DNA from: Botryllus schlosseri
Lineage: Eukaryota
Reading direction: 5' to 3'
DNA: 64,000 nt
Assembly: GCA_051294905.1 (NCBI GenBank)
Contig: CM119371.1
Location: forward strand, 41,728,001 to 41,792,000
The notes beneath the pieces were generated by a model. That model ran no database searches. It was given only the letters and a program-made list of their open reading frames with translations, and had not been told where the DNA came from. Below, one piece after another: positions 26,501-41,500 of this stretch (position 1 is the first letter of the stretch; each line of letters starts with the position of its first letter). A program made the position numbers and the translations under genes.

Positions 26501-29500
26501 AAGCGTCGCGTCGACGAAATCCCCCGTCTTTGAGAGTTTAATACGATCGGCTGAAGCTCCAGGACCATTTTCAATAACGACCGCCCGCTTGAACACGTTG
26601 AAATAGGGTATCGGATTATTCATTCTGAATATGCTACTTTTTTAGGTGGTATAATAAATGAACTTGATTTCAATTAAACTTTTGCGCCTCTTTAAGCGTC
26701 GCGTCGACGAAATCCCCCGTCTTTGAGAGTTTAATACGATCGGCTTTAGCTCCAGGACCATTTTCAATAACGACCGCCCGCTTGAACACGTTGAAATAGG
26801 GTATCGGATTATTCATTCTGAATATGCTACTTTTTTAGGGGGTATAATAAATGAACTTGATTTCAATTAAACTTTTGCGCCTCTTTAAGCGTCGCGTCGA
26901 CGAAATCCCCCGTCTTTGAGAGTTTAATACGATCGGCTTTAGCTCCAGGACCATTTTCAATAACGACCGCCCGCTTGAACACGTTGAAATAGGGTATCGG
27001 ATTATTCATTCTGAATATGCTACTTTTTTAGGGGGTATAATAAATGAACTTGATTTCAATTAAACTTTTGCGCCTCTTTAAGCGTCGCGTCGACGAAATC
27101 CCCCGTCTTTGAGAGTTTATAACGATCGGCTGAAGCTCCAGGACCATTTTCAATAACGACCGCCCGCTTGAACACGTTGAATTAGGGAGAGTAGGATAAT
27201 TGATTCTGATCAAGCTAGTTTTTCAGGGGGTCAAATCTGGTCTAGCTTTCACGTCTCTGAGAGTTTGATACGATCGGTTGAAGCTCCAGGACCATTTTCA
27301 ATAACGACCGCCCGCTTGAACACGTTGAAATAGGGTATCGGATTATTCATTCTGAATATGCTACTTTTTCAGGTGGTATAATAAATGAACTTGATTTCAA
27401 TTAAACTTTTGCGCCTCTTTAAGCGTCGCGTCGACGAAATCCCCCGTCTTTGAGAGTTTAATACGATCGGCTGAAGCTCCAGGACCATTTTCAATAACGA
27501 CCGCCCGCTTGAACACGTTGAAATAGGGTATCGGATTATTCATTCTGAATATGCTACTTTTTTAGGGGGTATAATAAATGAACTTGATTTCAATTAAACT
27601 TTTGCGCCTCTTTAAGCGTCGCGTCGACGAAATCCCCCGTCTTTGAGAGTTTAATACGATCGGCTGAAGCTCCAGGACCATTTTCAATAACGACCGCCCG
27701 CTTGAACACGTTGAAATAGGGTATCGGATTATTCATTCTGAATATGCTACTTTTTTAGGTGGTATAATAAATGAACTTGATTTCAATTAAACTTTTGCGC
27801 CTCTTTAAGCGTCGCGTCGACGAAATCCCCCGTCTTTGAGAGTTTAATACGATCGGCTTTAGCTCCAGGACCATTTTCAATAACGACCGCCCGCTTGAAC
27901 ACGTTGAAATAGGGTATCGGATTATTCATTCTGAATATGCTACTTTTTTAGGGGGTATAATAAATGAACTTGATTTCAATTAAACTTTTGCGCCTCTTTA
28001 AGCGTCGCGTCGACGAAATCCCCCGTCTTTGAGAGTTTATAACGATCGGCTGAAGCTCCAGGACCATTTTCAATAACGACCGCCCGCTTGAACACGTTGA
28101 ATTAGGGAGAGTAGGATAATTGATTCTGATCAAGCTAGTTTTTCAGGGGGTCAAATCTGGTCTAGCTTTCAATTGGACTTTTGCGCCTCTTTAAGCGTCG
28201 CGTCGAAGAAATTTCACGTCTCTGAGAGTTTGATACGATCGGCTGAAGCTCCAGGACCATTTTCAATAACGACCGCCCGCTTGAACACGTTGAATTAGGG
28301 AGAGTAGGATAATTGATTCTGATCAAGCTAGTTTTTCAGGGGGTCAAATCTGGTCTAGCTTTCAATTGGACTTTTGCGCCTCTTTAAGCGTCGCGTCGAA
28401 GAAATTTCACGTCTCTGAGAGTTTGATACGATCGGCTGAAGCTCCAGGACCATTTTCAATAACGACCGCCCGCTTGAACACGTTGAATTAGGGAGAGTAG
28501 GATAATTGATTCTGATCAAGCTAGTTTTTCAGGGGGTCAAATCTGGTCTAGCTTTCACGTCTCTGAGAGTTTGATACGATCGGTTGAAGCTCCAGGACCA
28601 TTTTCAATAACGACCGCCCGCTTGAACACGTTGAATTAGGGAGAGTAGGATAATTGATTCTGATCAAGCTAGTTTTTCAGGGGGTCAAATCTGGTCTAGC
28701 TTTCACGTCTCTGAGAGTTTGATACGATCGGTTGAAGCTCCAGGACCATTTTCAATAACGACCGCCCGCTTGAACACGTTGAAATAGGGTATCGGATTAT
28801 TCATTCTGAATATGCTACTTTTTCAGGTGGTATAATAAATGAACTTGATTTCAATTAAACTTTTGCGCCTCTTTAAGCGTCGCGTCGACGAAATCCCCCG
28901 TCTTTGAGAGTTTAATACGATCGGCTTTAGCTCCAGGACCATTTTCAATAACGACCGCCCGCTTGAACACGTTGAAATAGGGTATCGGATTATTCATTCT
29001 GAATATGCTACTTTTTTAGGGGGTATAATAAATGAACTTGATTTCAATTAAACTTTTGCGCCTCTTTAAGCGTCGCGTCGACGAAATCCCCCGTCTTTGA
29101 GAGTTTAATACGATCGGCTGAAGCTCCAGGACCATTTTCAATAACGACCGCCCGCTTGAACACGTTGAAATAGGGTATCGGATTATTCATTCTGAATATG
29201 CTACTTTTTTAGGTGGTATAATAAATGAACTTGATTTCAATTAAACTTTTGCGCCTCTTTAAGCGTCGCGTCGACGAAATCCCCCGTCTTTGAGAGTTTA
29301 ATACGATCGGCTTTAGCTCCAGGACCATTTTCAATAACGACCGCCCGCTTGAACACGTTGAAATAGGGTATCGGATTATTCATTCTGAATATGCTACTTT
29401 TTTAGGGGGTATAATAAATGAACTTGATTTCAATTAAACTTTTGCGCCTCTTTAAGCGTCGCGTCGACGAAATCCCCCGTCTTTGAGAGTTTAATACGAT

Positions 29501-32500
29501 CGGCTGAAGCTCCAGGACCATTTTCAATAACGACCGCCCGCTTGAACACGTTGAAATAGGGTATCGGATTATTCATTCTGAATATGCTACTTTTTTAGGG
29601 GGTATAATAAATGAACTTGATTTCAATTAAACTTTTGCGCCTCTTTAAGCGTCGCGTCGACGAAATCCCCCGTCTTTGAGAGTTTAATACGATCGGCTGA
29701 AGCTCCAGGACCATTTTCAATAACGACCACCCGCTTGAACACGTTGAAATAGGGAGAGTAGGATAATTGATTCTGATCAAGCTAGTTTTTCAGGGGGTCA
29801 AATCTGGTCTAGCTTTCACGTCTCTGAGAGTTTGATACGATCGGTTTAAGCTCCAGGACCATTTTCAATAACGACCGCCCGCTTGAACACGTTGAATTAG
29901 GGAGAGTAGGATAATTGATTCTGATCAAGCTAGTTTTTCAGGGGGTCAAATCTGGTCTAGCTTTCACGTCTCTGAGAGTTTGATACGATCGGTTGAAGCT
30001 CCAGGACCATTTTCAATAACGACCGCCCGCTTGAACACGTTGAAATAGGGTATCGGATTATTCATTCTGAATATGCTACTTTTTTAGGTGGTATAATAAA
30101 TGAACTTGATTTCAATTAAACTTTTGCGCCTCTTTAAGCGTCGCGTCGACGAAATCCCCCGTCTTTGAGAGTTTAATACGATCGGCTTTAGCTCCAGGAC
30201 CATTTTCAATAACGACCGCCCGCTTGAACACGTTGAAATAGGGTATCGGATTATTCATTCTGAATATGCTACTTTTTTAGGGGGTATAATAAATGAACTT
30301 GATTTCAATTAAACTTTTGCGCCTCTTTAAGCGTCGCGTCGACGAAATCCCCCGTCTTTGAGAGTTTAATACGATCGGCTGAAGCTCCAGGACCATTTTC
30401 AATAACGACCGCCCGCTTGAACACGTTGAAATAGGGTATCGGATTATTCATTCTGAATATGCTACTTTTTTAGGTGGTATAATAAATGAACTTGATTTCA
30501 ATTAAACTTTTGCGCCTCTTTAAGCGTCGCGTCGACGAAATCCCCCGTCTTTGAGAGTTTAATACGATCGGCTTTAGCTCCAGGACCATTTTCAATAACG
30601 ACCGCCCGCTTGAACACGTTGAAATAGGGTATCGGATTATTCATTCTGAATATGCTACTTTTTTAGGGGGTATAATAAATGAACTTGATTTCAATTAAAC
30701 TTTTGCGCCTCTTTAAGCGTCGCATCGACGAAATCCCCCGTCTTTGAGAGTTTATAACGATCGGCTGAAGCTCCAGGACCATTTTCAATAACGACCGCCC
30801 GCTTGAACACGTTGAATTAGGGAGAGTAGGATAATTGATTCTGATCAAGCTAGTTTTTCAGGGGGTCAAATCTGGTCTAGCTTTCACGTCTCTGAGAGTT
30901 TGATACGATCGGTTGAAGCTCCAGGACCATTTTCAATAACGACCGCCCGCTTGAACACGTTGAATTAGGGAGAGTAGGATAATTGATTCTGATCAAGCTA
31001 GTTTTTCAGGGGGTCAAATCTGGTCTAGCTTTCACGTCTCTGAGAGTTTGATACGATCGGTTGAAGCTCCAGGACCATTTTCAATAACGACCGCCCGCTT
31101 GAACACGTTGAAATAGGGTATCGGATTATTCATTCTGAATATGCTACTTTTTCAGGTGGTATAATAAATGAACTTGATTTCAATTAAACTTTTGCGCCTC
31201 TTTAAGCGTCGCGTCGACGAAATCCCCCGTCTTTGAGAGTTTAATACGATCGGCTTTAGCTCCAGGACCATTTTCAATAACGACCGCCCGCTTGAACACG
31301 TTGAAATAGGGTATCGGATTATTCATTCTGAATATGCTACTTTTTTAGGGGGTATAATAAATGAACTTGATTTCAATTAAACTTTTGCGCCTCTTTAAGC
31401 GTCGCGTCGACGAAATCCCCCGTCTTTGAGAGTTTAATACGATCGGCTGAAGCTCCAGGACCATTTTCAATAACGACCGCCCGCTTGAACACGTTGAAAT
31501 AGGGTATCGGATTATTCATTCTGAATATGCTACTTTTTTAGGTGGTATAATAAATGAACTTGATTTCAATTAAACTTTTGCGCCTCTTTAAGCGTCGCGT
31601 CGACGAAATCCCCCGTCTTTGAGAGTTTAATACGATCGGCTTTAGCTCCAGGACCATTTTCAATAACGACCGCCCGCTTGAACACGTTGAATTAGGGAGA
31701 GTAGGATAATTGATTCTGATCAAGCTAGTTTTTCAGGGGGTCAAATCTGGTCTAGCTTTCACGTCTCTGAGAGTTTGATACGATCGGTTGAAGCTCCAGG
31801 ACCATTTTCAATAACGACCGCCCGCTTGAACACGTTGAAATAGGGTATCGGATTATTCATTCTGAATATGCTACTTTTTCAGGTGGTATAATAAATGAAC
31901 TTGATTTCAATTAAACTTTTGCGCCTCTTTAAGCGTCGCGTCGACGAAATCCCCCGTCTTTGAGAGTTTAATACGATCGGCTTTAGCTCCAGGACCATTT
32001 TCAATAACGACCGCCCGCTTGAACACGTTGAAATAGGGTATCGGATTATTCATTCTGAATATGCTACTTTTTTAGGGGGTATAATAAATGAACTTGATTT
32101 CAATTAAACTTTTGCGCCTCTTTAAGCGTCGCGTCGACGAAATCCCCCGTCTTTGAGAGTTTAATACGATCGGCTGAAGCTCCAGGACCATTTTCAATAA
32201 CGACCGCCCGCTTGAACACGTTGAAATAGGGTATCGGATTATTCATTCTGAATATGCTACTTTTTTAGGGGGTATAATAAATGAACTTGATTTCAATTAA
32301 ACTTTTGCGCCTCTTTAAGCGTCGCGTCGACGAAATCCCCCGTCTTTGAGAGTTTAATACGATCGGCTGAAGCTCCAGGACCATTTTCAATAACGACCAC
32401 CCGCTTGAACACGTTGAAATAGGGAGAGTAGGATAATTGATTCTGATCAAGCTAGTTTTTCAGGGGGTCAAATCTGGTCTAGCTTTCACGTCTCTGAGAG

Positions 32501-35500
32501 TTTGATACGATCGGTTGAAGCTCCAGGACCATTTTCAATAACGACCGCCCGCTTGAACACGTTGAATTAGGGAGAGTAGGATAATTGATTCTGATCAAGC
32601 TAGTTTTTCAGGGGGTCAAATCTGGTCTAGCTTTCACGTCTCTGAGAGTTTGATACGATCGGTTGAAGCTCCAGGACCATTTTCAATAACGACCGCCCGC
32701 TTGAACACGTTGAAATAGGGTATCGGATTATTCATTCTGAATATGCTACTTTTTTAGGTGGTATAATAAATGAACTTGATTTCAATTAAACTTTTGCGCC
32801 TCTTTAAGCGTCGCGTCGACGAAATCCCCCGTCTTTGAGAGTTTAATACGATCGGCTTTAGCTCCAGGACCATTTTCAATAACGACCGCCCGCTTGAACA
32901 CGTTGAAATAGGGTATCGGATTATTCATTCTGAATATGCTACTTTTTTAGGGGGTATAATAAATGAACTTGATTTCAATTAAACTTTTGCGCCTCTTTAA
33001 GCGTCGCGTCGACGAAATCCCCCGTCTTTGAGAGTTTAATACGATCGGCTGAAGCTCCAGGACCATTTTCAATAACGACCGCCCGCTTGAACACGTTGAA
33101 ATAGGGTATCGGATTATTCATTCTGAATATGCTACTTTTTTAGGTGGTATAATAAATGAACTTGATTTCAATTAAACTTTTGCGCCTCTTTAAGCGTCGC
33201 GTCGACGAAATCCCCCGTCTTTGAGAGTTTAATACGATCGGCTTTAGCTCCAGGACCATTTTCAATAACGACCGCCCGCTTGAACACGTTGAAATAGGGT
33301 ATCGGATTATTCATTCTGAATATGCTACTTTTTTAGGGGGTATAATAAATGAACTTGATTTCAATTAAACTTTTGCGCCTCTTTAAGCGTCGCGTCGACG
33401 AAATCCCCCGTCTTTGAGAGTTTAATACGATCGGCTTTAGCTCCAGGACCATTTTCAATAACGACCGCCCGCTTGAACACGTTGAAATAGGGTATCGGAT
33501 TATTCATTCTGAATATGCTACTTTTTTAGGGGGTATAATAAATGAACTTGATTTCAATTAAACTTTTGCGCCTCTTTAAGCGTCGCGTCGACGAAATCCC
33601 CCGTCTTTGAGAGTTTATAACGATCGGCTGAAGCTCCAGGACCATTTTCAATAACGACCGCCCGCTTGAACACGTTGAATTAGGGAGAGTAGGATAATTG
33701 ATTCTGATCAAGCTAGTTTTTCAGGGGGTCAAATCTGGTCTAGCTTTCACGTCTCTGAGAGTTTGATACGATCGGTTGAAGCTCCAGGACCATTTTCAAT
33801 AACGACCGCCCGCTTGAACACGTTGAAATAGGGTATCGGATTATTCATTCTGAATATGCTACTTTTTCAGGTGGTATAATAAATGAACTTGATTTCAATT
33901 AAACTTTTGCGCCTCTTTAAGCGTCGCGTCGACGAAATCCCCCGTCTTTGAGAGTTTAATACGATCGGCTGAAGCTCCAGGACCATTTTCAATAACGACC
34001 GCCCGCTTGAACACGTTGAAATAGGGTATCGGATTATTCATTCTGAATATGCTACTTTTTTAGGGGGTATAATAAATGAACTTGATTTCAATTAAACTTT
34101 TGCGCCTCTTTAAGCGTCGCGTCGACGAAATCCCCCGTCTTTGAGAGTTTAATACGATCGGCTGAAGCTCCAGGACCATTTTCAATAACGACCGCCCGCT
34201 TGAACACGTTGAAATAGGGTATCGGATTATTCATTCTGAATATGCTACTTTTTTAGGTGGTATAATAAATGAACTTGATTTCAATTAAACTTTTGCGCCT
34301 CTTTAAGCGTCGCGTCGACGAAATCCCCCGTCTTTGAGAGTTTAATACGATCGGCTTTAGCTCCAGGACCATTTTCAATAACGACCGCCCGCTTGAACAC
34401 GTTGAAATAGGGTATCGGATTATTCATTCTGAATATGCTACTTTTTTAGGGGGTATAATAAATGAACTTGATTTCAATTAAACTTTTGCGCCTCTTTAAG
34501 CGTCGCGTCGACGAAATCCCCCGTCTTTGAGAGTTTATAACGATCGGCTGAAGCTCCAGGACCATTTTCAATAACGACCGCCCGCTTGAACACGTTGAAT
34601 TAGGGAGAGTAGGATAATTGATTCTGATCAAGCTAGTTTTTCAGGGGGTCAAATCTGGTCTAGCTTTCAATTGGACTTTTGCGCCTCTTTAAGCGTCGCG
34701 TCGAAGAAATTTCACGTCTCTGAGAGTTTGATACGATCGGCTGAAGCTCCAGGACCATTTTCAATAACGACCGCCCGCTTGAACACGTTGAATTAGGGAG
34801 AGTAGGATAATTGATTCTGATCAAGCTAGTTTTTCAGGGGGTCAAATCTGGTCTAGCTTTCAATTGGACTTTTGCGCCTCTTTAAGCGTCGCGTCGAAGA
34901 AATTTCACGTCTCTGAGAGTTTGATACGATCGGCTGAAGCTCCAGGACCATTTTCAATAACGACCGCCCGCTTGAACACGTTGAATTAGGGAGAGTAGGA
35001 TAATTGATTCTGATCAAGCTAGTTTTTCAGGGGGTCAAATCTGGTCTAGCTTTCACGTCTCTGAGAGTTTGATACGATCGGTTGAAGCTCCAGGACCATT
35101 TTCAATAACGACCGCCCGCTTGAACACGTTGAATTAGGGAGAGTAGGATAATTGATTCTGATCAAGCTAGTTTTTCAGGGGGTCAAATCTGGTCTAGCTT
35201 TCACGTCTCTGAGAGTTTGATACGATCGGTTGAAGCTCCAGGACCATTTTCAATAACGACCGCCCGCTTGAACACGTTGAAATAGGGTATCGGATTATTC
35301 ATTCTGAATATGCTACTTTTTCAGGTGGTATAATAAATGAACTTGATTTCAATTAAACTTTTGCGCCTCTTTAAGCGTCGCGTCGACGAAATCCCCCGTC
35401 TTTGAGAGTTTAATACGATCGGCTTTAGCTCCAGGACCATTTTCAATAACGACCGCCCGCTTGAACACGTTGAAATAGGGTATCGGATTATTCATTCTGA

Positions 35501-38500
35501 ATATGCTACTTTTTTAGGGGGTATAATAAATGAACTTGATTTCAATTAAACTTTTGCGCCTCTTTAAGCGTCGCGTCGACGAAATCCCCCGTCTTTGAGA
35601 GTTTAATACGATCGGCTGAAGCTCCAGGACCATTTTCAATAACGACCGCCCGCTTGAACACGTTGAAATAGGGTATCGGATTATTCATTCTGAATATGCT
35701 ACTTTTTTAGGTGGTATAATAAATGAACTTGATTTCAATTAAACTTTTGCGCCTCTTTAAGCGTCGCGTCGACGAAATCCCCCGTCTTTGAGAGTTTAAT
35801 ACGATCGGCTTTAGCTCCAGGACCATTTTCAATAACGACCGCCCGCTTGAACACGTTGAAATAGGGTATCGGATTATTCATTCTGAATATGCTACTTTTT
35901 TAGGGGGTATAATAAATGAACTTGATTTCAATTAAACTTTTGCGCCTCTTTAAGCGTCGCGTCGACGAAATCCCCCGTCTTTGAGAGTTTAATACGATCG
36001 GCTGAAGCTCCAGGACCATTTTCAATAACGACCGCCCGCTTGAACACGTTGAAATAGGGTATCGGATTATTCATTCTGAATATGCTACTTTTTTAGGGGG
36101 TATAATAAATGAACTTGATTTCAATTAAACTTTTGCGCCTCTTTAAGCGTCGCGTCGACGAAATCCCCCGTCTTTGAGAGTTTAATACGATCGGCTGAAG
36201 CTCCAGGACCATTTTCAATAACGACCACCCGCTTGAACACGTTGAAATAGGGAGAGTAGGATAATTGATTCTGATCAAGCTAGTTTTTCAGGGGGTCAAA
36301 TCTGGTCTAGCTTTCACGTCTCTGAGAGTTTGATACGATCGGTTTAAGCTCCAGGACCATTTTCAATAACGACCGCCCGCTTGAACACGTTGAATTAGGG
36401 AGAGTAGGATAATTGATTCTGATCAAGCTAGTTTTTCAGGGGGTCAAATCTGGTCTAGCTTTCACGTCTCTGAGAGTTTGATACGATCGGTTGAAGCTCC
36501 AGGACCATTTTCAATAACGACCGCCCGCTTGAACACGTTGAAATAGGGTATCGGATTATTCATTCTGAATATGCTACTTTTTTAGGTGGTATAATAAATG
36601 AACTTGATTTCAATTAAACTTTTGCGCCTCTTTAAGCGTCGCGTCGACGAAATCCCCCGTCTTTGAGAGTTTAATACGATCGGCTTTAGCTCCAGGACCA
36701 TTTTCAATAACGACCGCCCGCTTGAACACGTTGAAATAGGGTATCGGATTATTCATTCTGAATATGCTACTTTTTTAGGGGGTATAATAAATGAACTTGA
36801 TTTCAATTAAACTTTTGCGCCTCTTTAAGCGTCGCGTCGACGAAATCCCCCGTCTTTGAGAGTTTAATACGATCGGCTGAAGCTCCAGGACCATTTTCAA
36901 TAACGACCGCCCGCTTGAACACGTTGAAATAGGGTATCGGATTATTCATTCTGAATATGCTACTTTTTTAGGTGGTATAATAAATGAACTTGATTTCAAT
37001 TAAACTTTTGCGCCTCTTTAAGCGTCGCGTCGACGAAATCCCCCGTCTTTGAGAGTTTAATACGATCGGCTTTAGCTCCAGGACCATTTTCAATAACGAC
37101 CGCCCGCTTGAACACGTTGAAATAGGGTATCGGATTATTCATTCTGAATATGCTACTTTTTTAGGGGGTATAATAAATGAACTTGATTTCAATTAAACTT
37201 TTGCGCCTCTTTAAGCGTCGCATCGACGAAATCCCCCGTCTTTGAGAGTTTATAACGATCGGCTGAAGCTCCAGGACCATTTTCAATAACGACCGCCCGC
37301 TTGAACACGTTGAATTAGGGAGAGTAGGATAATTGATTCTGATCAAGCTAGTTTTTCAGGGGGTCAAATCTGGTCTAGCTTTCACGTCTCTGAGAGTTTG
37401 ATACGATCGGTTGAAGCTCCAGGACCATTTTCAATAACGACCGCCCGCTTGAACACGTTGAAATAGGGTATCGGATTATTCATTCTGAATATGCTACTTT
37501 TTCAGGTGGTATAATAAATGAACTTGATTTCAATTAAACTTTTGCGCCTCTTTAAGCGTCGCGTCGACGAAATCCCCCGTCTTTGAGAGTTTAATACGAT
37601 CGGCTTTAGCTCCAGGACCATTTTCAATAACGACCGCCCGCTTGAACACGTTGAAATAGGGTATCGGATTATTCATTCTGAATATGCTACTTTTTTAGGG
37701 GGTATAATAAATGAACTTGATTTCAATTAAACTTTTGCGCCTCTTTAAGCGTCGCGTCGACGAAATCCCCCGTCTTTGAGAGTTTATAACGATCGGCTGA
37801 AGCTCCAGGACCATTTTCAATAACGACCGCCCGCTTGAACACGTTGAATTAGGGAGAGTAGGATAATTGATTCTGATCAAGCTAGTTTTTCAGGGGGTCA
37901 AATCTGGTCTAGCTTTCACGTCTCTGAGAGTTTGATACGATCGGTTGAAGCTCCAGGACCATTTTCAATAACGACCGCCCGCTTGAACACGTTGAATTAG
38001 GGAGAGTAGGATAATTGATTCTGATCAAGCTAGTTTTTCAGGGGGTCAAATCTGGTCTAGCTTTCACGTCTCTGAGAGTTTGATACGATCGGTTGAAGCT
38101 CCAGGACCATTTTCAATAACGACCGCCCGCTTGAACACGTTGAAATAGGGTATCGGATTATTCATTCTGAATATGCTACTTTTTCAGGTGGTATAATAAA
38201 TGAACTTGATTTCAATTAAACTTTTGCGCCTCTTTAAGCGTCGCGTCGACGAAATCCCCCGTCTTTGAGAGTTTAATACGATCGGCTTTAGCTCCAGGAC
38301 CATTTTCAATAACGACCGCCCGCTTGAACACGTTGAAATAGGGTATCGGATTATTCATTCTGAATATGCTACTTTTTTAGGGGGTATAATAAATGAACTT
38401 GATTTCAATTAAACTTTTGCGCCTCTTTAAGCGTCGCGTCGACGAAATCCCCCGTCTTTGAGAGTTTAATACGATCGGCTGAAGCTCCAGGACCATTTTC

Positions 38501-41500
38501 AATAACGACCGCCCGCTTGAACACGTTGAAATAGGGTATCGGATTATTCATTCTGAATATGCTACTTTTTTAGGTGGTATAATAAATGAACTTGATTTCA
38601 ATTAAACTTTTGCGCCTCTTTAAGCGTCGCGTCGACGAAATCCCCCGTCTTTGAGAGTTTAATACGATCGGCTTTAGCTCCAGGACCATTTTCAATAACG
38701 ACCGCCCGCTTGAACACGTTGAAATAGGGTATCGGATTATTCATTCTGAATATGCTACTTTTTTAGGGGGTATAATAAATGAACTTGATTTCAATTAAAC
38801 TTTTGCGCCTCTTTAAGCGTCGCGTCGACGAAATCCCCCGTCTTTGAGAGTTTAATACGATCGGCTGAAGCTCCAGGACCATTTTCAATAACGACCACCC
38901 GCTTGAACACGTTGAAATAGGGAGAGTAGGATAATTGATTCTGATCAAGCTAGTTTTTCAGGGGGTCAAATCTGGTCTAGCTTTCACGTCTCTGAGAGTT
39001 TGATACGATCGGTTGAAGCTCCAGGACCATTTTCAATAACGACCGCCCGCTTGAACACGTTGAATTAGGGAGAGTAGGATAATTGATTCTGATCAAGCTA
39101 GTTTTTCAGGGGGTCAAATCTGGTCTAGCTTTCACGTCTCTGAGAGTTTGATACGATCGGTTGAAGCTCCAGGACCATTTTCAATAACGACCGCCCGCTT
39201 GAACACGTTGAAATAGGGTATCGGATTATTCATTCTGAATATGCTACTTTTTTAGGTGGTATAATAAATGAACTTGATTTCAATTAAACTTTTGCGCCTC
39301 TTTAAGCGTCGCGTCGACGAAATCCCCCGTCTTTGAGAGTTTAATACGATCGGCTTTAGCTCCAGGACCATTTTCAATAACGACCGCCCGCTTGAACACG
39401 TTGAAATAGGGTATCGGATTATTCATTCTGAATATGCTACTTTTTTAGGGGGTATAATAAATGAACTTGATTTCAATTAAACTTTTGCGCCTCTTTAAGC
39501 GTCGCGTCGACGAAATCCCCCGTCTTTGAGAGTTTAATACGATCGGCTGAAGCTCCAGGACCATTTTCAATAACGACCGCCCGCTTGAACACGTTGAAAT
39601 AGGGTATCGGATTATTCATTCTGAATATGCTACTTTTTTAGGTGGTATAATAAATGAACTTGATTTCAATTAAACTTTTGCGCCTCTTTAAGCGTCGCGT
39701 CGACGAAATCCCCCGTCTTTGAGAGTTTAATACGATCGGCTTTAGCTCCAGGACCATTTTCAATAACGACCGCCCGCTTGAACACGTTGAAATAGGGTAT
39801 CGGATTATTCATTCTGAATATGCTACTTTTTTAGGGGGTATAATAAATGAACTTGATTTCAATTAAACTTTTGCGCCTCTTTAAGCGTCGCGTCGACGAA
39901 ATCCCCCGTCTTTGAGAGTTTAATACGATCGGCTTTAGCTCCAGGACCATTTTCAATAACGACCGCCCGCTTGAACACGTTGAAATAGGGTATCGGATTA
40001 TTCATTCTGAATATGCTACTTTTTTAGGGGGTATAATAAATGAACTTGATTTCAATTAAACTTTTGCGCCTCTTTAAGCGTCGCGTCGACGAAATCCCCC
40101 GTCTTTGAGAGTTTATAACGATCGGCTGAAGCTCCAGGACCATTTTCAATAACGACCGCCCGCTTGAACACGTTGAATTAGGGAGAGTAGGATAATTGAT
40201 TCTGATCAAGCTAGTTTTTCAGGGGGTCAAATCTGGTCTAGCTTTCACGTCTCTGAGAGTTTGATACGATCGGTTGAAGCTCCAGGACCATTTTCAATAA
40301 CGACCGCCCGCTTGAACACGTTGAAATAGGGTATCGGATTATTCATTCTGAATATGCTACTTTTTCAGGTGGTATAATAAATGAACTTGATTTCAATTAA
40401 ACTTTTGCGCCTCTTTAAGCGTCGCGTCGACGAAATCCCCCGTCTTTGAGAGTTTAATACGATCGGCTGAAGCTCCAGGACCATTTTCAATAACGACCGC
40501 CCGCTTGAACACGTTGAAATAGGGTATCGGATTATTCATTCTGAATATGCTACTTTTTTAGGGGGTATAATAAATGAACTTGATTTCAATTAAACTTTTG
40601 CGCCTCTTTAAGCGTCGCGTCGACGAAATCCCCCGTCTTTGAGAGTTTAATACGATCGGCTGAAGCTCCAGGACCATTTTCAATAACGACCGCCCGCTTG
40701 AACACGTTGAAATAGGGTATCGGATTATTCATTCTGAATATGCTACTTTTTTAGGTGGTATAATAAATGAACTTGATTTCAATTAAACTTTTGCGCCTCT
40801 TTAAGCGTCGCGTCGACGAAATCCCCCGTCTTTGAGAGTTTAATACGATCGGCTTTAGCTCCAGGACCATTTTCAATAACGACCGCCCGCTTGAACACGT
40901 TGAAATAGGGTATCGGATTATTCATTCTGAATATGCTACTTTTTTAGGGGGTATAATAAATGAACTTGATTTCAATTAAACTTTTGCGCCTCTTTAAGCG
41001 TCGCGTCGACGAAATCCCCCGTCTTTGAGAGTTTATAACGATCGGCTGAAGCTCCAGGACCATTTTCAATAACGACCGCCCGCTTGAACACGTTGAATTA
41101 GGGAGAGTAGGATAATTGATTCTGATCAAGCTAGTTTTTCAGGGGGTCAAATCTGGTCTAGCTTTCAATTGGACTTTTGCGCCTCTTTAAGCGTCGCGTC
41201 GAAGAAATTTCACGTCTCTGAGAGTTTGATACGATCGGCTGAAGCTCCAGGACCATTTTCAATAACGACCGCCCGCTTGAACACGTTGAATTAGGGAGAG
41301 TAGGATAATTGATTCTGATCAAGCTAGTTTTTCAGGGGGTCAAATCTGGTCTAGCTTTCAATTGGACTTTTGCGCCTCTTTAAGCGTCGCGTCGAAGAAA
41401 TTTCACGTCTCTGAGAGTTTGATACGATCGGCTGAAGCTCCAGGACCATTTTCAATAACGACCGCCCGCTTGAACACGTTGAATTAGGGAGAGTAGGATA